A stretch of DNA of 64,000 nt, from NCBI GenBank assembly GCA_963716255.1, contig OY970303.1, positions 864,001-928,000 on the forward strand, read 5' to 3'. The stretch is from an uncultured Gemmatimonadales bacterium (GTDB taxonomy: Bacteria; Gemmatimonadota; Gemmatimonadetes; Longimicrobiales; Longimicrobiaceae). Made by a program: the position numbers and the translations under genes. Shown here one piece after another: positions 29,535 to 38,537 of the stretch (position 1 is the first letter of the stretch; every line of letters begins with the position of its first letter). The notes under the pieces were generated by a model that saw nothing but the letters and a program-made list of their open reading frames with translations, was not told the DNA's origin and did no database searches.

Positions 29535-32045
29535 ATGAAAAGGACCGACGGGATCCGCCCGCGCCTCGGCTCGCTCTTCGGCGGCGTGGGGCTCGACCTC
29601 AGGCTCGGCGGGCGGATGCTGGTGAAGTACCCCGGGCTCACGCTGGTGGGCGGGCTGGCGATGGCGTTCGCCATCTGGGCCGGCGCCATCGCCTTCGTGA
29701 TGGTGGGGCAGTTCGTTCACCCGACGCTGCCGCTTCCCCACGGCGAGCGCGTCGTGCAGATCCACAGCTGGGACGCATCGGCCAACGAGGAGGAGCAGCG
29801 CACGCTGGCCGACTTCCTGGTCTGGCGCGGCGCGCTGCGCTCGGTGACGGACCTGGGCGCCTCCCGCGACGTCTCGCTGAACCTGGTCGTGGGCCGCGAC
29901 GCGGGCCCGCCCGTGCGCGCGGCCAAGGTCACGGCGTCGGCGTTCCGCATCGCCCCCGGGCCACCGCTCCTGGGCCGCACCCTGGTGCCCGCGGACGAGC
30001 GGCCGGGCGCGCCGCCGGTGGTGGTGCTCGGCCACGAGGTGTGGCGGACGCGGTTCGCGGGGGACCCGGGCGTGGTGGGGCGCACCGTGCAGCTGGGCGA
30101 CGCGTACGCCACCGTGGTGGGCGTGATGCCGGAGGGCTTCGGCTTCCCCGTCTCGCACGAGATGTGGACGCCGCTCCGGCCGGACATCCTGGCGCCCGCG
30201 CCGCGCGAGGGGCCGGAGGTGACGGTCTTCGGCCGCCTCGCGCCGGGCGCCACGCTGGAGGGCGCGCAGGCGGAGCTGGCGGCCTTCGCGCGCCGCGCCG
30301 CCGCCGCCACCCCGGAGACGCACCGGCACCTGCAGCCGCACGTCACGCCGTACACCAGCTTCTTCCCGCAGAATTCGAGCGACCTGCAGGCCATGCTCTC
30401 GATCAACCTGTTCGCGGTGACGCTGCTGGTCCTGATCTGCTCCAATGTGGCTCTGCTCCTGTTCGCGCGCGCGGCCTCGCGGGAGGGGGAGCTGGTGGTG
30501 CGCAGCGCGCTGGGCGCCAGCCGCGGGCGCATCGTGGCGCAGCTCTTCGCCGAAGCGCTGGTGCTGGGCGCCGTGGCGGCCGCGGTCGGGCTGGCCGCCG
30601 CGCAATTCGCGCTGGAACAGTGGGGCGTCGAGTTCCTGGAGATCAACCTCGGGCCGCTCCCGTTCTGGTTCGACGTGCGCGTGACGCCCGCGGCGGTCCT
30701 CTACGCGGGCGGGCTCACGCTGCTGGGCGCCGCCATCGCCGGCGTGGTGCCCGCCCGCAAGATCACCCGGGGCCTGGGGGCGAGCCTGAAGCAGGGGACG
30801 GCCGGCGCCGGCGGGGTGCGCTTCGGCGGCGTGTGGACGGCGGTGATCGTGACGCAGGTGGCGTTCACCGTGGCCTTTCCCCTCACGCTCTTCTTCCAGC
30901 AGCAGGAGGCGATGCGGATCCGCTCGCAGGACGTGGGATTCGCCGCCGGGGAGTACCTCGCGATGCGGCTGGATACGGACGCCGCGGATTCGGCCGCGCA
31001 CAGCGCGCGCCTGGCACCCGCGCTGGAGCGGCTGCGCCAGCGCGTCGCCGCGGATCCCGGCGTGCGGGGGGTCACCTTCGCGGATCGCCTCCCGCGTGAC
31101 TCCTACAGCCAGCGCCGCATCGAGCTGGATGCGCCCGCCGGCGACGCTGCCCCGGTGGTGGTGAGCACCGCGTCCATCGACCCGTCGTACTTCGACGTGA
31201 TGGAGACGCCCGTCCTGGCGGGGCGCGCCTTCACCCCCGCAGACCTCGCCCCCGCCGCGCGCGTGGTGATCGTGGACCAGGGCTTCGTCGACCTCTTCCT
31301 GCAGGGGCGCAGCCCCATCGGCCGGCAGGTGCGCTTCCTGAACCCCGGCGAGCAGCGCGCCGACGCCGCGCGTCCCTGGTACGAGATCGTCGGCGTGGTG
31401 AAGGAGCTGGGGATGGGCCACGTGTTTCAGTCCGAACGCGTGGCGGGGGTGTACCTGCCGGTCGTCCCGGGGAGCGCGGGGCCGGTCAACATGATCGTCC
31501 ACGCGCAGGGCGATCCGCTGTCGCTCACCCCGCGCGTCCGCGGGATCGCCGCCGCGGTGGACCCGACGCTGCGCGTCTCGGAGGTCCAGCGCCTGGACCA
31601 GGTCATCGACTCGATGCTGTGGATCATCGGCATGTGGCTCAGGATCACGCTCGGGCTGACGGCGGTCGCGATCCTCCTCTCGCTGGCCGGCATCTACGCC
31701 GTGCTGTCGTTCACCGTGGCGCGGCGCACGCGCGAGATCGGCGTGCGCGTGGCGCTGGGCGCGCCTCGTGCCCGCGTCGTCGCCGCCATCTTCCGGCGGC
31801 CGCTCACGCAGGTGAGCGCCGGCATCGCGGTCGGCTTCGTCCTCGTCACCCTCGCCGCGATCGCCGTCTCGGGCCACCGCCCCGACACCCCGATCAAGCT
31901 GAACCCCGCGGTGCTCTCGCCGGGGCAGTACGCGCTGCTCGCGGTCTACGCGGCGCTCATGTTCGGGGTGTGCATGCTCGCCTGCGTGGTGCCCACGCGC
32001 CGGGCGCTGCGCGTGCAGCCGAGCGAAGCGCTGCGCGTGGAGTAG
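29535..32045 (+). CDS. Duplicated MacB/FtsX-type ABC permease (ADOP-like), no ATPase adjacent
   Basis: LVLICSNVA, RSALGASRGRI, RRTREIGVRVALGA, PTRRALRVQP. Confidence 0.88.
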   Translation: MKRTDGIRPRLGSLFGGVGLDLRLGGRMLVKYPGLTLVGGLAMAFAIWAGAIAFVMVGQFVHPTLPLPHGERVVQIHSWDASANEEEQRTLADFLVWRGALRSVTDLGASRDVSLNLVVGRDAGPPVRAAKVTASAFRIAPGPPLLGRTLVPADERPGAPPVVVLGHEVWRTRFAGDPGVVGRTVQLGDAYATVVGVMPEGFGFPVSHEMWTPLRPDILAPAPREGPEVTVFGRLAPGATLEGAQAELAAFARRAAAATPETHRHLQPHVTPYTSFFPQNSSDLQAMLSINLFAVTLLVLICSNVALLLFARAASREGELVVRSALGASRGRIVAQLFAEALVLGAVAAAVGLAAAQFALEQWGVEFLEINLGPLPFWFDVRVTPAAVLYAGGLTLLGAAIAGVVPARKITRGLGASLKQGTAGAGGVRFGGVWTAVIVTQVAFTVAFPLTLFFQQQEAMRIRSQDVGFAAGEYLAMRLDTDAADSAAHSARLAPALERLRQRVAADPGVRGVTFADRLPRDSYSQRRIELDAPAGDAAPVVVSTASIDPSYFDVMETPVLAGRAFTPADLAPAARVVIVDQGFVDLFLQGRSPIGRQVRFLNPGEQRADAARPWYEIVGVVKELGMGHVFQSERVAGVYLPVVPGSAGPVNMIVHAQGDPLSLTPRVRGIAAAVDPTLRVSEVQRLDQVIDSMLWIIGMWLRITLGLTAVAILLSLAGIYAVLSFTVARRTREIGVRVALGAPRARVVAAIFRRPLTQVSAGIAVGFVLVTLAAIAVSGHRPDTPIKLNPAVLSPGQYALLAVYAALMFGVCMLACVVPTRRALRVQPSEALRVE

Positions 32046-32126
32046 GGCCCGACCCACGACGATGAACGCGGAGAGCCCCGGCAGCGACGGCGCCGGGAGG
32101 TCCCCGCGGACGCCAGCACGAAGCCT

Positions 32127-32258
32127 GCGTGAGGGATGCGAGCGCGAAGCGGCGAGACCGCGCGGCTGTTTGCGCGGGCTCGCCTCCGTTGCACACGGTT
32201 GTTTCGTGTGCTACGGAGCCGCAGCCCGACCCCGCGCCAGCGGGGGCACGCCCGAACC
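32127..32258. repeat. Family A repeat, copy 3 (most diverged)
   Basis: Same architecture with compensated stems (GCACAC/GTGTGC). Confidence 0.85.
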
Positions 32259-32362
32259 CACGTACCTGTCTCCAATCCCTTGCCGTTTACGGATCCACGA
32301 CTAAGATGCAGGGGTACACCGGCCACACACCGTGCCGCGATCTACACCCCTGGAGAACGTTC

Positions 32363-34078
32363 ATGCAACGAGTTCCGTATGCCGCCGCCGCCCTCCTCGC
32401 GCTCGGGATCTCCGGGTGCGCGGCCGCGGCGACCGAGGAAACCTCCGCGCCGGCTCCCGCCGCCGCGCCGGCCGAGACCGCCCCGGACGGGGCCGCGCCC
32501 TCCACGGCCATGACGACCATCGCCGACCGGCTCGCCAAGTACACCACGGTGCGCCTGACCGCGGACGTGTCGCGGCTGAGCGCCAGGGAGCGCCGGATGC
32601 TCCCGCTGCTCATCGACGCGGCGCGCGAGCAGGACGGCATCTACTGGCGGCAGGCCTACGGCGACCGCGAGGCGCTGCTGGTGCGGGTCACGGACCCGGA
32701 GATGCGCCGCTTCGTGGAGATCAACTACGGGCCCTGGGACCGCCTGGAGGGCGACGAGCCCTTCCTGCCGGGGGTGGGCGCCAAGCCGGCGGGGGCGGCC
32801 TACTACCCGGCGGACATGACCAAGGAGGAGTTCGAGCGGGCGGTGGCCGGCGGGGGGGCGCGCGCGGACTCGCTGCGCAGCCTGTACACGCTGGTGAGCC
32901 GCGACGCGTCGGGCGCGCTGGTGGCGACGCCGTTCTCGCGGGCGTACGCGGACGCCAACCGCCGCACGGCGGAGAAGCTGCGGGCCGCGGCGGCGCTGGC
33001 GGACGACGCGGGGCTGAAGCGCTACCTGACGCTGCGCGCGGACGCGCTGCTGAACGACCGGTACCAGGCCAGCGACCTGGCCTGGATGGACATGAAGAGC
33101 AACACGCTGGACGTGGTGATCGGGCCCATCGAGACGTACGAGGACCAGCTCTTCGGCTACAAGGCGTCCAACGAGGCGTACGTCCTCATCAAGGACCAGG
33201 ACTGGAGCCGCCGCCTTTCGCGCTACGTGTCCATGCTGCCGGCGCTGCAGCGCGGGATCCCGGTGGACCCGCGCTACAAGCAGGAGACGCCGGGGGCGGA
33301 GTCGGACCTGAACGCGTACGACGTGGTGTTCTACGCGGGGCAGGCGAACGCGGGCTCCAAGACCATCGCCATCAACCTGCCCAACGACGAGCAGGTGCAG
33401 CTGCAGAAGGGCACCCGCCGGCTGCAGCTCAAGAACGCGATGCGGGCCAAGTTCGACAAGATCCTGGTGCCGATCGCGCAGGAGCTGGTCGCGGCGGACC
33501 AGATCCCCATGGTCACCTTCGACGCGTTCTTCGGGAACGTGATGTTCCACGAGGTGGCGCACGGCCTGGGGATCAAGAACACCATCAACGGCCGCGGCAC
33601 GGTGCGCGAGGCGCTCAAGGAGCGGGCGAGCGCGCTGGAGGAGGGCAAGGCGGACATCCTGGGCCTGTACATGGTGCAGCAGCTGAACCGCCAGGGCGAG
33701 CTGCGCGGCGAGGACATCCGCAACAACTACGTGGCCTTCCTGGCGAGCCTGTTCCGCTCCATCCGCTTCGGGGCGTCGAGCGCGCACGGCCGCGCCAACG
33801 TGGCGGCGTTCAACTACATGCAGGCGAAGGGCGCCTTCACCCGCGGCGCGGACGGCAAGTACCGCGTGGACTTCCCCCGCATGGAGGCGGCGATGAACGC
33901 GCTGGCCCAGGACATCCTGGTGATGCAGGGCAACGGCGACTACGCGGGTGTGGGCCAGTTCACGGAGCAGTACGGCAAGGTGAGCCCGCAGCTCCAGGCC
34001 GACCTGGACCGCCTGGGGAGCAAGGGGATCCCGGTGGACATCGTCTTCGAGCAGGGCGCGTCGGTGCTGGGGCTGTAG
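32363..34078 (+). CDS. Zn-dependent peptidase lipoprotein (M49/DPP III-like)
   Basis: Lipobox ISGC, GPIETYED, AINLPND, HEVAH, EEGKAD. Confidence 0.8.
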   Translation: MQRVPYAAAALLALGISGCAAAATEETSAPAPAAAPAETAPDGAAPSTAMTTIADRLAKYTTVRLTADVSRLSARERRMLPLLIDAAREQDGIYWRQAYGDREALLVRVTDPEMRRFVEINYGPWDRLEGDEPFLPGVGAKPAGAAYYPADMTKEEFERAVAGGGARADSLRSLYTLVSRDASGALVATPFSRAYADANRRTAEKLRAAAALADDAGLKRYLTLRADALLNDRYQASDLAWMDMKSNTLDVVIGPIETYEDQLFGYKASNEAYVLIKDQDWSRRLSRYVSMLPALQRGIPVDPRYKQETPGAESDLNAYDVVFYAGQANAGSKTIAINLPNDEQVQLQKGTRRLQLKNAMRAKFDKILVPIAQELVAADQIPMVTFDAFFGNVMFHEVAHGLGIKNTINGRGTVREALKERASALEEGKADILGLYMVQQLNRQGELRGEDIRNNYVAFLASLFRSIRFGASSAHGRANVAAFNYMQAKGAFTRGADGKYRVDFPRMEAAMNALAQDILVMQGNGDYAGVGQFTEQYGKVSPQLQADLDRLGSKGIPVDIVFEQGASVLGL

Positions 34079-34098
34079 GCCACGGCGCAGCCGGATGG

Positions 34099-34138
34099 AG
34101 CGCCGCCGCGGCTCATGCCGCGGCGGCGCTTTCGTTTT
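34099..34138 (+). terminator. Intrinsic terminator
   Basis: AGCGCCGCCGCGGC/GCCGCGGCGGCGCT followed by TTCGTTTT. Confidence 0.75.
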
Positions 34139-34254
34139 CGCGCCGGGGGTCTGGCGGGTTTCCCTCCGCGCTGCATTTTACGGGGGCGAAGACCGCGCAC
34201 CGCGGGCGGGGGCAGGCGTGCTCCGCGCCGGACCCCTCATCCCCTGGAGGAGCC

Positions 34255-35178
34255 ATGAAGACACGCTGGATCGCCGCGGTCGTGCTGGCCGGGCAGCTCG
34301 CCGCCCAGCCGGCGTACGCGTGGGACGAGATCGGCCACGAGGTGATCGCCCGGATCGCCTGGGAAAGCATGAGCCCGGAGGCGCGCGCGGCCGCCGCGGC
34401 GCTGCTCTCCAACGCGCCGGAGGACTCGGGGCTCCTGGCGCTCAACCCCGGGTCGGGGGCGGAAAGCAGCCGCCGCCGCACCTTCTTCGTGGAGGCCAGC
34501 ACCTGGCCGGACATCGTCCGCGACGACGCCTTTCCGCTGCGGCGCCGCGCCTACCACCACGGCAGCTGGCACTACGTCAACTACTTCTTCGAGAGCACGC
34601 CCGAGGGGCCGCGCGACCGCCCGGACGTTCCCCAGAACAGCGTCAACGTGGTGGAGCGGCTGGAAAAGCTGCGGGCCTCGGTCGTGGACCTGAAGCGGCC
34701 GTCGGCGGAGCGCGCGGTGGACCTGGCGTGGATCCTCCACCTGGTGGGCGACGTGCACCAGCCGCTGCACACCACGGCCCGCATCACCGCGGAGGCGCCC
34801 CGCGGCGACCAGGGCGGCAACCTGTTCCGGATGAACGGCCCGGCCAACCTGCACTCGTACTGGGACGGCGCCCTGACCCGGTCGCTGCGCCGCAACCGGA
34901 ACGAGGGCGAGCAGGCGTACGTGTCCCGCATCGCGAGCGCCGTCATGTACCAGCACCCGCGCAGCGCGTTCACCCCGGCGCAGCTGGACTCGCTCCCCCC
35001 CGAGCAGTGGGCCCGCGCGGGCTTCGCGACCGCGAAGACGCAGGCCTACGCCACCCCCGAGGGCCGGGCTCCCAGCGCGGAGTACCAGGACGCCACCCTC
35101 GTCACCACGAAGCAGGCAGCCGCGCTGGCGGGCTACCGCCTGGCGCGGATGCTCGACCGGCTGCTGGCGGGGAGCTGA
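34255..35178 (+). CDS. Secreted S1/P1 nuclease
   Basis: Signal peptide then W-DEIGH, WPD, WHY, HLVGDVHQPLH, NLHSYWD, LAGYRLA. Confidence 0.9.
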   Translation: MKTRWIAAVVLAGQLAAQPAYAWDEIGHEVIARIAWESMSPEARAAAAALLSNAPEDSGLLALNPGSGAESSRRRTFFVEASTWPDIVRDDAFPLRRRAYHHGSWHYVNYFFESTPEGPRDRPDVPQNSVNVVERLEKLRASVVDLKRPSAERAVDLAWILHLVGDVHQPLHTTARITAEAPRGDQGGNLFRMNGPANLHSYWDGALTRSLRRNRNEGEQAYVSRIASAVMYQHPRSAFTPAQLDSLPPEQWARAGFATAKTQAYATPEGRAPSAEYQDATLVTTKQAAALAGYRLARMLDRLLAGS

Positions 35179-35241
35179 GCGGACGAGCGACCTTCCCGGA
35201 CCGGCCCGAGGTCCGGGGCCCACCTTCTCCGGAGCCCCGAC

Positions 35242-36600
35242 ATGATCTCTGAACCACAGAAGGAAGAGCGGCGCGACCTCTGCTTCGTCCTGATGCCCTT
35301 CGGGAAGAAGCCCGACGGCGCGGGCAAGGAGATCGACTTCGACGCGGTGTACCGCGAGCTGATCGCGCCCGCCATCGAGGACGCGGGGCTGGAGCCGCTC
35401 CGCGCCGACGAGGAATCGGTGGGAGGGATCATCCACAAGCCGATGTTCGAGCGGCTCGTGCTCTGCAAGTTCGCGGTGGCCGACCTGACGACCGCGAACG
35501 CCAACGTGTTCTACGAGCTGGGCGTGCGGCACACGGCCCGGCCGTGGAGCACGGTCTCCATCTTCGCGGAAGGGAGCCGCCTCCCGTTCGACCTCAACTA
35601 CCTTCGCTCGCTTCCATACGCCCTGGGACCCGGGGGGACGCCCACGGACGTGGAAAAGCCCCGGGCGTCGCTCGCCGGTCTCCTGCGGAAGGCCCGCGAG
35701 GCGGCCGCGGACAACCCCGCCGTGGACTCCCCGCTCTTTCAGCTCCTGGACGGCTTCCCGGAAATAGGCCACGAGCGGACCGACGTGTTCCGCGAGCAGG
35801 TGGAGTATTCGGCGAGGCGGAAGCGGGAGCTCCGCGAAGCGCGCCGGCAGGGCGTCGCCGCGGTGCGAGCCGTGGAGGACACCCTCGGCGACCTGGACAA
35901 CGTGGAGGCGGGGGTACTGGTGGACCTGCTCCTTTCCTACCGGGCGGTCTCCGCGTGGGAGGACGTGGTGCGCCTGGTGGGGGACAGGCTTCCCGGCGTG
36001 CTTGCCGGCACGGTCCTGGTGCGGGAGCAGTACGCCCTCGCCCTGAACCGCGTGAAAAGAAGGGCCGACGCAGAGCAGGTGCTCACGGAGCTCATCGACG
36101 AGCGCGGCCCCAGCAGCGAGACGTACGGAATCCTGGGCCGCGTCTACAAGGACCAGTGGGAGGAAGCCCTCGAAGCCGGGAAGACCGACCTCGCGGCGGG
36201 CCTCCTGGAGCAGGCGACGGAAGCCTACCTCCGCGGCTTCGAAACCGACTGGCGCGACGCATACCCGGGGGTGAACGTTCTCACCCTCATGGAGATCGCG
36301 GACCCGCCCGACCCGCGCCGCGCGAAGCTTCTCCCGGTCGTTTCATACGCGGTGGAAAGGAGGATCGCGAACGGGAAGCCGGACTACTGGGACCACGCGA
36401 CCCGGCTGGAGATCGGCGTCCTGGAGAACGACCGGGCCAAGGCGGAGGAGACCCTTCGCCGCTCGCTGGTCAACATGCGCGAGAAGTGGGAGGGCGAGAC
36501 CACCGCCCGCAACCTGCGGCTCATCCGCGAGGCCCGCGAGCGGCGCGGCGAGGACGCCGCCTGGATCGCCGACCTGGAGAAGCGGCTGGCGCCGGCGTAG
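35242..36600 (+). CDS. Nucleoside-deoxyribosyltransferase/TIR-like N-terminal domain plus MAP3K TRAF-binding-like (DUF4071) TPR domain
   Basis: CFVLMPFG, ADLTTANANVFYELGVRH, LLLSYRA, YALALNR, GILGRVYKD, YPGVN, DYWDHAT. Confidence 0.8.
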   Translation: MISEPQKEERRDLCFVLMPFGKKPDGAGKEIDFDAVYRELIAPAIEDAGLEPLRADEESVGGIIHKPMFERLVLCKFAVADLTTANANVFYELGVRHTARPWSTVSIFAEGSRLPFDLNYLRSLPYALGPGGTPTDVEKPRASLAGLLRKAREAAADNPAVDSPLFQLLDGFPEIGHERTDVFREQVEYSARRKRELREARRQGVAAVRAVEDTLGDLDNVEAGVLVDLLLSYRAVSAWEDVVRLVGDRLPGVLAGTVLVREQYALALNRVKRRADAEQVLTELIDERGPSSETYGILGRVYKDQWEEALEAGKTDLAAGLLEQATEAYLRGFETDWRDAYPGVNVLTLMEIADPPDPRRAKLLPVVSYAVERRIANGKPDYWDHATRLEIGVLENDRAKAEETLRRSLVNMREKWEGETTARNLRLIREARERRGEDAAWIADLEKRLAPA

Positions 36601-36630
36601 GCACGGGCGGCCGGCGGCGCGCAGCCCGCG

Positions 36631-37539
36631 TCACATCTCCACGTGCTCCTGCTCGGCGGCGCCGCGCATCCTCGCGCGGCGCCCCGCCAGCGCGCTCAGC
36701 GCCACCCCCGCGAAGATCAGCCCCGCGGCCGGGAGCAGGCGCGGCGACAGGCGCTCCCCCAGGACCGGTCCGGCCAGCAGCGCCGTCACCACCGGCTGGA
36801 GGTACACGTAGATGGCCACCACGCTGGACTCCACCCGCTTGAGCGCCCACACGTTGAGGTAGTACGCCAGCACCGTGGGAAACACCACGATCCACGCCAG
36901 CACCGCCCAGGTGGTCCCCGACACCGGCCCCGTCTCGGCGAGCAGCGACGGCAGCCCCCAGGGGACGATCCCCGCCGCGCCGAACACGAACACCCAGGTG
37001 ATGACGGTGAGCGGGTCGTAGCGCTGCACCACGCCGCGCGAGACCACCAGGTACAGCGAGAACGCCACCACGTTGAGGAGCGCCAGCAGGTTCCCCACCC
37101 CGCTCCCCGAGCCGAAGTCCACCCCCACCAGGTACAGCACCCCCGACGCCGCCAGCGCGATCCCCACCCACTTGCCGGGCGAGGACGATTCCCGCCCCAG
37201 GAGCAGGGCGATCAGCAGCGTGAACGCCGGCCCCGCCGTCTGCAGCATCTGCGCGGCGGTGGCGGTGGTGAGGGTGAGCGCGGTGATGTACAGGAGCTGG
37301 TTGGCCACCACGCCCAGCAGCGCGAAGCCGGCCAGCAGCGCGTAGTCGCGCCGGGAGCGCACCCGCTCCCGCACCAGCGCGAGCTGGAGGACGACGAAGA
37401 GGAGCGCCGCGCCGGTCACCCGGAGCAGCGCCAGCGAGGGGCTGGACAGGTCGCGCAGCGCCAGCTTCACCCCGATGGGGAGGGTGGCGAAGATCACCTG
37501 CGTCGCCAGCAGGACCACGTACACGGGGGACGGCTTCAC
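36631..37539 (-). CDS. DMT/EamA family transporter
   Basis: About 10 TM helices in two repeats, YLQPVV, LGE. Confidence 0.85.
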   Translation of the reverse strand: MKPSPVYVVLLATQVIFATLPIGVKLALRDLSSPSLALLRVTGAALLFVVLQLALVRERVRSRRDYALLAGFALLGVVANQLLYITALTLTTATAAQMLQTAGPAFTLLIALLLGRESSSPGKWVGIALAASGVLYLVGVDFGSGSGVGNLLALLNVVAFSLYLVVSRGVVQRYDPLTVITWVFVFGAAGIVPWGLPSLLAETGPVSGTTWAVLAWIVVFPTVLAYYLNVWALKRVESSVVAIYVYLQPVVTALLAGPVLGERLSPRLLPAAGLIFAGVALSALAGRRARMRGAAEQEHVEM

Positions 37540-37763
37540 GCGCCACCGGCGGTGGGGGACGGAAAACGAGCGTCCGGCCCCCTCGCGCGGGGGCCGGACG
37601 CACGGGGCGGCCTGCGCGCCGGGAACCGGGCCGGCGCGGCACAAGACTACCCGGTCGCCGCCCGGGTGTCCACCCCGCCCGGGGCCTTTCCCCGGCGGCG
37701 GGGGGCCCGTATCTTGCGCCGCCTCGAAGCACCCAATCCAGTGACCGAACCGCGGGAGGAACG

Positions 37764-38150
37764 ATGGAGCACCACCACGATCACGACGACCACGAGCACG
37801 GCGACGGCGAGAGCTTCGGCATGGCCCTCGGCTTCCGCATCTTCGAGGACGACGGCCAGCTCTTCCTCGCGGAGGTGGAGATCACCCCGTACGTGGACGA
37901 GCCCACCGCGCTGGGGGCGACCCTGGTCTTCCACCCGCTGAGCGGCATCGACCCCACCTCGCCCGACCAGGAGGGCGACGCCGAGGCGTGGCCCGTGGAC
38001 GTGGACGACGACCTGGACCGCGACACCGGCGCTCCCATCCCGGAGCAGTTCATGGCGATCGCCCGCCAGGCGGGCCGCTTCACCGAGGAGCAGCTGCGCG
38101 ACTACCTCGCCCTCGCCCGCGAGGAGCAGGAGGACGTCGGGGCGGAGTAG
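37764..38150 (+). CDS. Hypothetical acidic protein with His-rich N-terminus
   Basis: GGAGG RBS, MEHHHDHDDHEHG, GC-biased codons. Confidence 0.7.
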   Translation: MEHHHDHDDHEHGDGESFGMALGFRIFEDDGQLFLAEVEITPYVDEPTALGATLVFHPLSGIDPTSPDQEGDAEAWPVDVDDDLDRDTGAPIPEQFMAIARQAGRFTEEQLRDYLALAREEQEDVGAE

Positions 38151-38178
38151 GCTCTCCGCCGCTCGACACTCGACGCGC

Positions 38179-38222
38179 CGCGGGGGCGGCGGATCACACG
38201 ATCCGCCGCCCCCGCCGCTTTT
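38179..38222 (+). terminator. Probable terminator
   Basis: GCGGGGGCGGCGGATC/GATCCGCCGCCCCCGC followed by CGCTTTT. Confidence 0.6.
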
Positions 38223-38239
38223 CCGCGAGCCGACGGCCC

Positions 38240-38370
38240 CACCCGGCGGCCTTAGAGCCGCCACCCTCCCCCAATTCTGGCGGAGGGCTTCCTGATCCCC
38301 GCCTCCCGCGTGTCGTGCTCCCCCTTTCCCCCGCTTGCGGGGGAGAGGGGGTCGGGGGGTGAGGGGGCCC
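38240..38370. repeat. Family C REP-like palindrome cluster
   Basis: CACCCGGCGGCC..GCCGCCACCCTCCCCCAATTCTGG; CCCCCGCTTGCGGGGGAGAGGGG..GGGTGAGGGGGCCC. Confidence 0.7.
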
Positions 38371-38397
38371 GCACTCGCGGACGCCAGCGCGAACCCC

Positions 38398-38531
38398 GCG
38401 TGAGGGATTCCGGCCCGAAGGGGCGAGACCCGCGGGCAGTTTCGCGGGGCTCGACTCCGTTAGCCCGCGTTGTTTGCGGGCTTACGGAGCCGAAGCCCGA
38501 CCCCGGCGCCCGCCGGGGGCACGCCCGAACC
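38398..38531. repeat. Family A repeat, copy 4
   Basis: Aligns with copies 1, 2 and 6. Confidence 0.9.
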
Positions 38532-38537
38532 CACGAT

